From Macrostomum lignano (lineage: Eukaryota): DNA of 64,000 nucleotides. Below, one piece after another: positions 61,366 through 64,000 of the stretch (positions are counted from its first letter, which is position 1; every line of letters begins with the position of its first letter). The stretch is from contig NIVC01003731.1 of NCBI GenBank assembly GCA_002269645.1, positions 15,882-79,881 on the forward strand. Reading direction: 5' to 3'. Below the pieces are notes generated by a model. That model did no database searches. It was not told where the DNA came from and saw only the letters and a list, made by a program, of their open reading frames with translations. The translations under genes and the position numbers were made by a program.

Positions 61366-61920
61366 CTACAGCTAAGCTGCCTCCCTCCTGAAAAATTGCG
61401 CATTTAAAGTATTTGGCCCAAACCAAAAAAGTTTCTCGGGAAGTGCAGAACTACCCCGCAGCTGATCTGCACCCCGATTTTTGTTTTCCATTTTTTCTCC
61501 GTAGCCAAAATGATAGCAAACCTCATTTTTATTAAGCTGTTATTAATTGTAGATCCGCAAAAAATATCAATTTAATTTGTCATCTCCGCTCCCGTGTATG
61601 CTCTTAAATTGTTTGTGCAATTTGAATTGGAATGCGTTCGATTTTCTAGAAACTTGCGGACTAACGTAGCCAGTAGAGTTGGTTTGGGCTGCGCCCCCAC
61701 CCGGCCTTTCTGTTACCATTTCTTTCGTGTAAGCAATGGATTATTTTACTGCGTTCGACACCATTGTTATGAAGTAGCGGCAAAATTGCCGAATGGAGCA
61801 GCTCGGGCTGCTGTGAGTTCCCCAGCCCGGCTCGACCGGCGCCGCGCGCGGGTGCCCCCGCGGCCCGACCCTCGCCAGTCGCCGCGCCGCCTGTAAAATT
61901 TATTTTTCCAATTTTTACAG

Positions 61921-61971
61921 ATTCAGGGCAGATTGCCCATGAAAATGCCCTCTACGCGGCCGCTGCTCACA
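61921..61971 (+). CDS. Lar: Candidate 51-nt cassette exon after FN3-2 ([17 protein letters not shown])
   Basis: AAATTTATTTTTCCAATTTTTACAG| acceptor and ACA|GTAAGT donor. Open in phase 1 and frame-preserving. Confidence 0.45.
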
Positions 61972-62055
61972 GTAAGTTGCTCGCCTATGCCGCGTCTGTG
62001 TCACACTCAGCTGCGCCTCTGCTCTCTCTGGTCCATGCCTCTCCGCTTCTTCCCT

Positions 62056-62330
62056 GCTCTGCTCTTTGCTCTGCTCTGCTCTGCTCTGCTCTGCTCTGCT
62101 CTGCTCTGCTCTGCTCTGCTCTGCTCTGCTCTGCTCTGCTCTGCTCTGCTCTGCTCTGCTCTGCTCTGCTCTGCTCTGCTCTCTGCTCTCTCTTCTCTCC
62201 TCTCCTCTCTCCTCTCCTCTCCTCTCCTCTCTCCTCTCTTCTCTCCTTTCCTGTCCTCTCGTCTTGTATTTCATCTACTCTCATCTATTCCATCCTCTCC
62301 CCTCTTCTCCTCTTCAGTCATGTTTAGTCT
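62056..62330. repeat. (CTCTG)n microsatellite followed by a CT-rich tract
   Basis: Read directly; pure tract at about 62070-62180. Confidence 0.96.
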
Positions 62331-62744
62331 TGAAATTGCACTGGAAACCATGGCTGCCAGAGACAGAGAGAGTTTATTAATTTTTCCTTCTTCTCTGATA
62401 CCTTATAAACTCGTCTCTCCCGATGCCGTGTGTGTGTGCGCGCGTTTATCCGCCAGATTAATTACTTTTTTATCTTTGCCAGCTAAGCCTTTTAAAACCA
62501 AACCTTTGACTTCCCCTAATATCTCCGATTTCCCTATCTGAGAGACGAATTCTAACCCCACTTCCTATCGTCATATTTGCATGTTTGTCAACTTTTTTAC
62601 TCGATTTCGCAACGTGTTTTTCTTCCCTGTGCCGTGCCGTGCACACGAAAAGAGAAATTTGTTTTTAAGATTAGCGAGGCAGTTTGAGGAGGGCTTGGTT
62701 TTATTTTTAAATCCATAGGCTGTCTTTGAAAGGTTGCCCTATGG

Positions 62745-63480
62745 AATATTACCCTTGAAAAGTTACCCTCTAACCCTCTGGAAAAGGCTATCCTCTGGAA
62801 TGTTACCCTTCGGAGGAGTTTACCCTCTGAAGAAGGTTACCCTCTTCAAGGTTAACCCCTGGAAGGTTACCCTCTTCAAGGTTATCCCTGGAAGGTTACC
62901 CTCTTCAAGGTTAACCCCTGGAAGGTTACTCTCTTCAAGGTTAACCCTGGAAGGTTACCCTCTTCAAGGTTAACCCCTGGAAGGTTACCCTCTTCAAGGT
63001 TAACCCCTGGAAGGTTACTCTCTTCAAGGTTAACCCCTGGAAGGTTACCCTCTTCAAGGTTAACCCCTGGAAGGTTACCCTCTTCAAGGTTAATCCCTGG
63101 AAGGTTACCCTCTTCAAGGTTAACCCCTGGAAGGTTACCTCTTCAAGGTTAATCCCTGGAAGGTTACCCTCTTCAAGGTTAATCCCTGGAAGGTTACCAT
63201 CTTCAAGGTTAACACCTGGAAGGTTACCCTCTTCAAGGTTAACCCCTGGAAGGTTACTCTCTTCAAGGTTAACCCCTGGAAGGTTACCCTCTTCAAGGTT
63301 AATCCTGGAAGGTTACCTCCAGAAGATAACCCAGCAGAAGGTGACTCTTTGGAAGGTAATTCTCTAGATGGTTAAAGAAGCAGAAGGTTACCCTCTGGAA
63401 GGTTACCCTCCGCAAAGGTTACCCTCTGGAAGGTTACCCCTCGAAGGTTACCCTCCGGAAGATAACCCAGCAGAAGTTTA
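62745..63480. repeat. 30-bp minisatellite TAACCCCTGGAAGGTTACCCTCTTCAAGGT (dimer of related 15-mers)
   Basis: A period of 30 is visible at 62880-63300. Confidence 0.95.
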
Positions 63481-64000
63481 CCTGCAATAAGTTTAGTCTC
63501 TGCAAGTATACTTGGTAGATTTGCGTCACAAAATCAAACTCCTCAAAGTCACAAACTCCTCAAAACCCCCGGAATGCTAGTGAGCACGGTCGAGTGCAGA
63601 AAATGTTACCCCCTTCCCCACATAAATGCGATCAATCCCAATAAGTCAAAGTTATTGCATAATAAAATTTCCTAAATATTTGAAACCTTCTCTCTTTATC
63701 AGCGTGAACTGTCACACTATCGGCCAGATTTTACGTTTTAATTTTTTAATATCGATTTTTTTTGTGCATGACAAATAAACGATCTTTCCCGATTATTATA
63801 GGTTCTCTGTGGGATCTCATCCCAGTTTTGTAAATTTTATTGCCTCTTTTTTTAATTGATTTGCTGTCGGTTTTCCAGCCAAAACATTTTTTCACCTGAA
63901 CCTTTTTTCTGCATGCCGGAAGCTTCTCTGCCTACTTGGGTGAAATCAAGCGGAATTAAAATTCTTAATTATAATAATTATAAAACTGAAACCAATAAAA

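Noticed and set aside
369-63000. Long ORFs of 100-340 aa in the supplied track (369-1489, 2136-2830, 10488-11473, 24719-25676, 30672-32347, 35881-36836, 44613-45092, 48251-48786, 50074-51048, 58903-59674, 61915-62541)
   Set aside because: All coincide with tandem repeats whose units lack a stop in some frame. They are open in several frames or strands and have no domain signature.
62745-63480. Interstitial telomeric sequence (TAACCC in each unit)
   Set aside because: Only one hexamer per 30-bp unit and never in tandem.

Overview
Eukaryotic (metazoan) genomic DNA, not prokaryotic. The window holds the 5' part of one large + strand gene for a LAR-family (type IIa; PTPRF/PTPRD/PTPRS/Drosophila Lar-like) receptor protein tyrosine phosphatase. 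Six ectodomain exons join in frame by GT-AG splicing: 32490-32795 (Ig1), 34395-34571 and 45390-45500 (Ig2), 55320-55925 (Ig3 plus FN3-1), and 58517-58617 and 59542-59740 (FN3-2). The rest of the gene lies beyond the window. Upstream are several candidate alternative leader exons, each ATG-initiated, hydrophobic and ending in a phase-1 GTAAG donor (6431-6542, 17053-17116, 22341-22488, weaker 9256-9418). Frame-preserving candidate cassette or micro-exons sit at 28307-28408, 39348-39362 (vertebrate meA position), 51484-51513 (meB position) and 61921-61971. About a third of the window (my rough sum is about 21 kb) is minisatellite or microsatellite. Almost all long ORFs in the supplied track are read-throughs of these repeats. 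Several satellite families recur at distant sites, two of them inverted. There is also a tRNA-derived CORE-type SINE and a small dispersed repeat family. The repeat landscape resembles that reported for the flatworm Macrostomum lignano, but species cannot be established from sequence alone. All splice models were read by eye and need RNA evidence.
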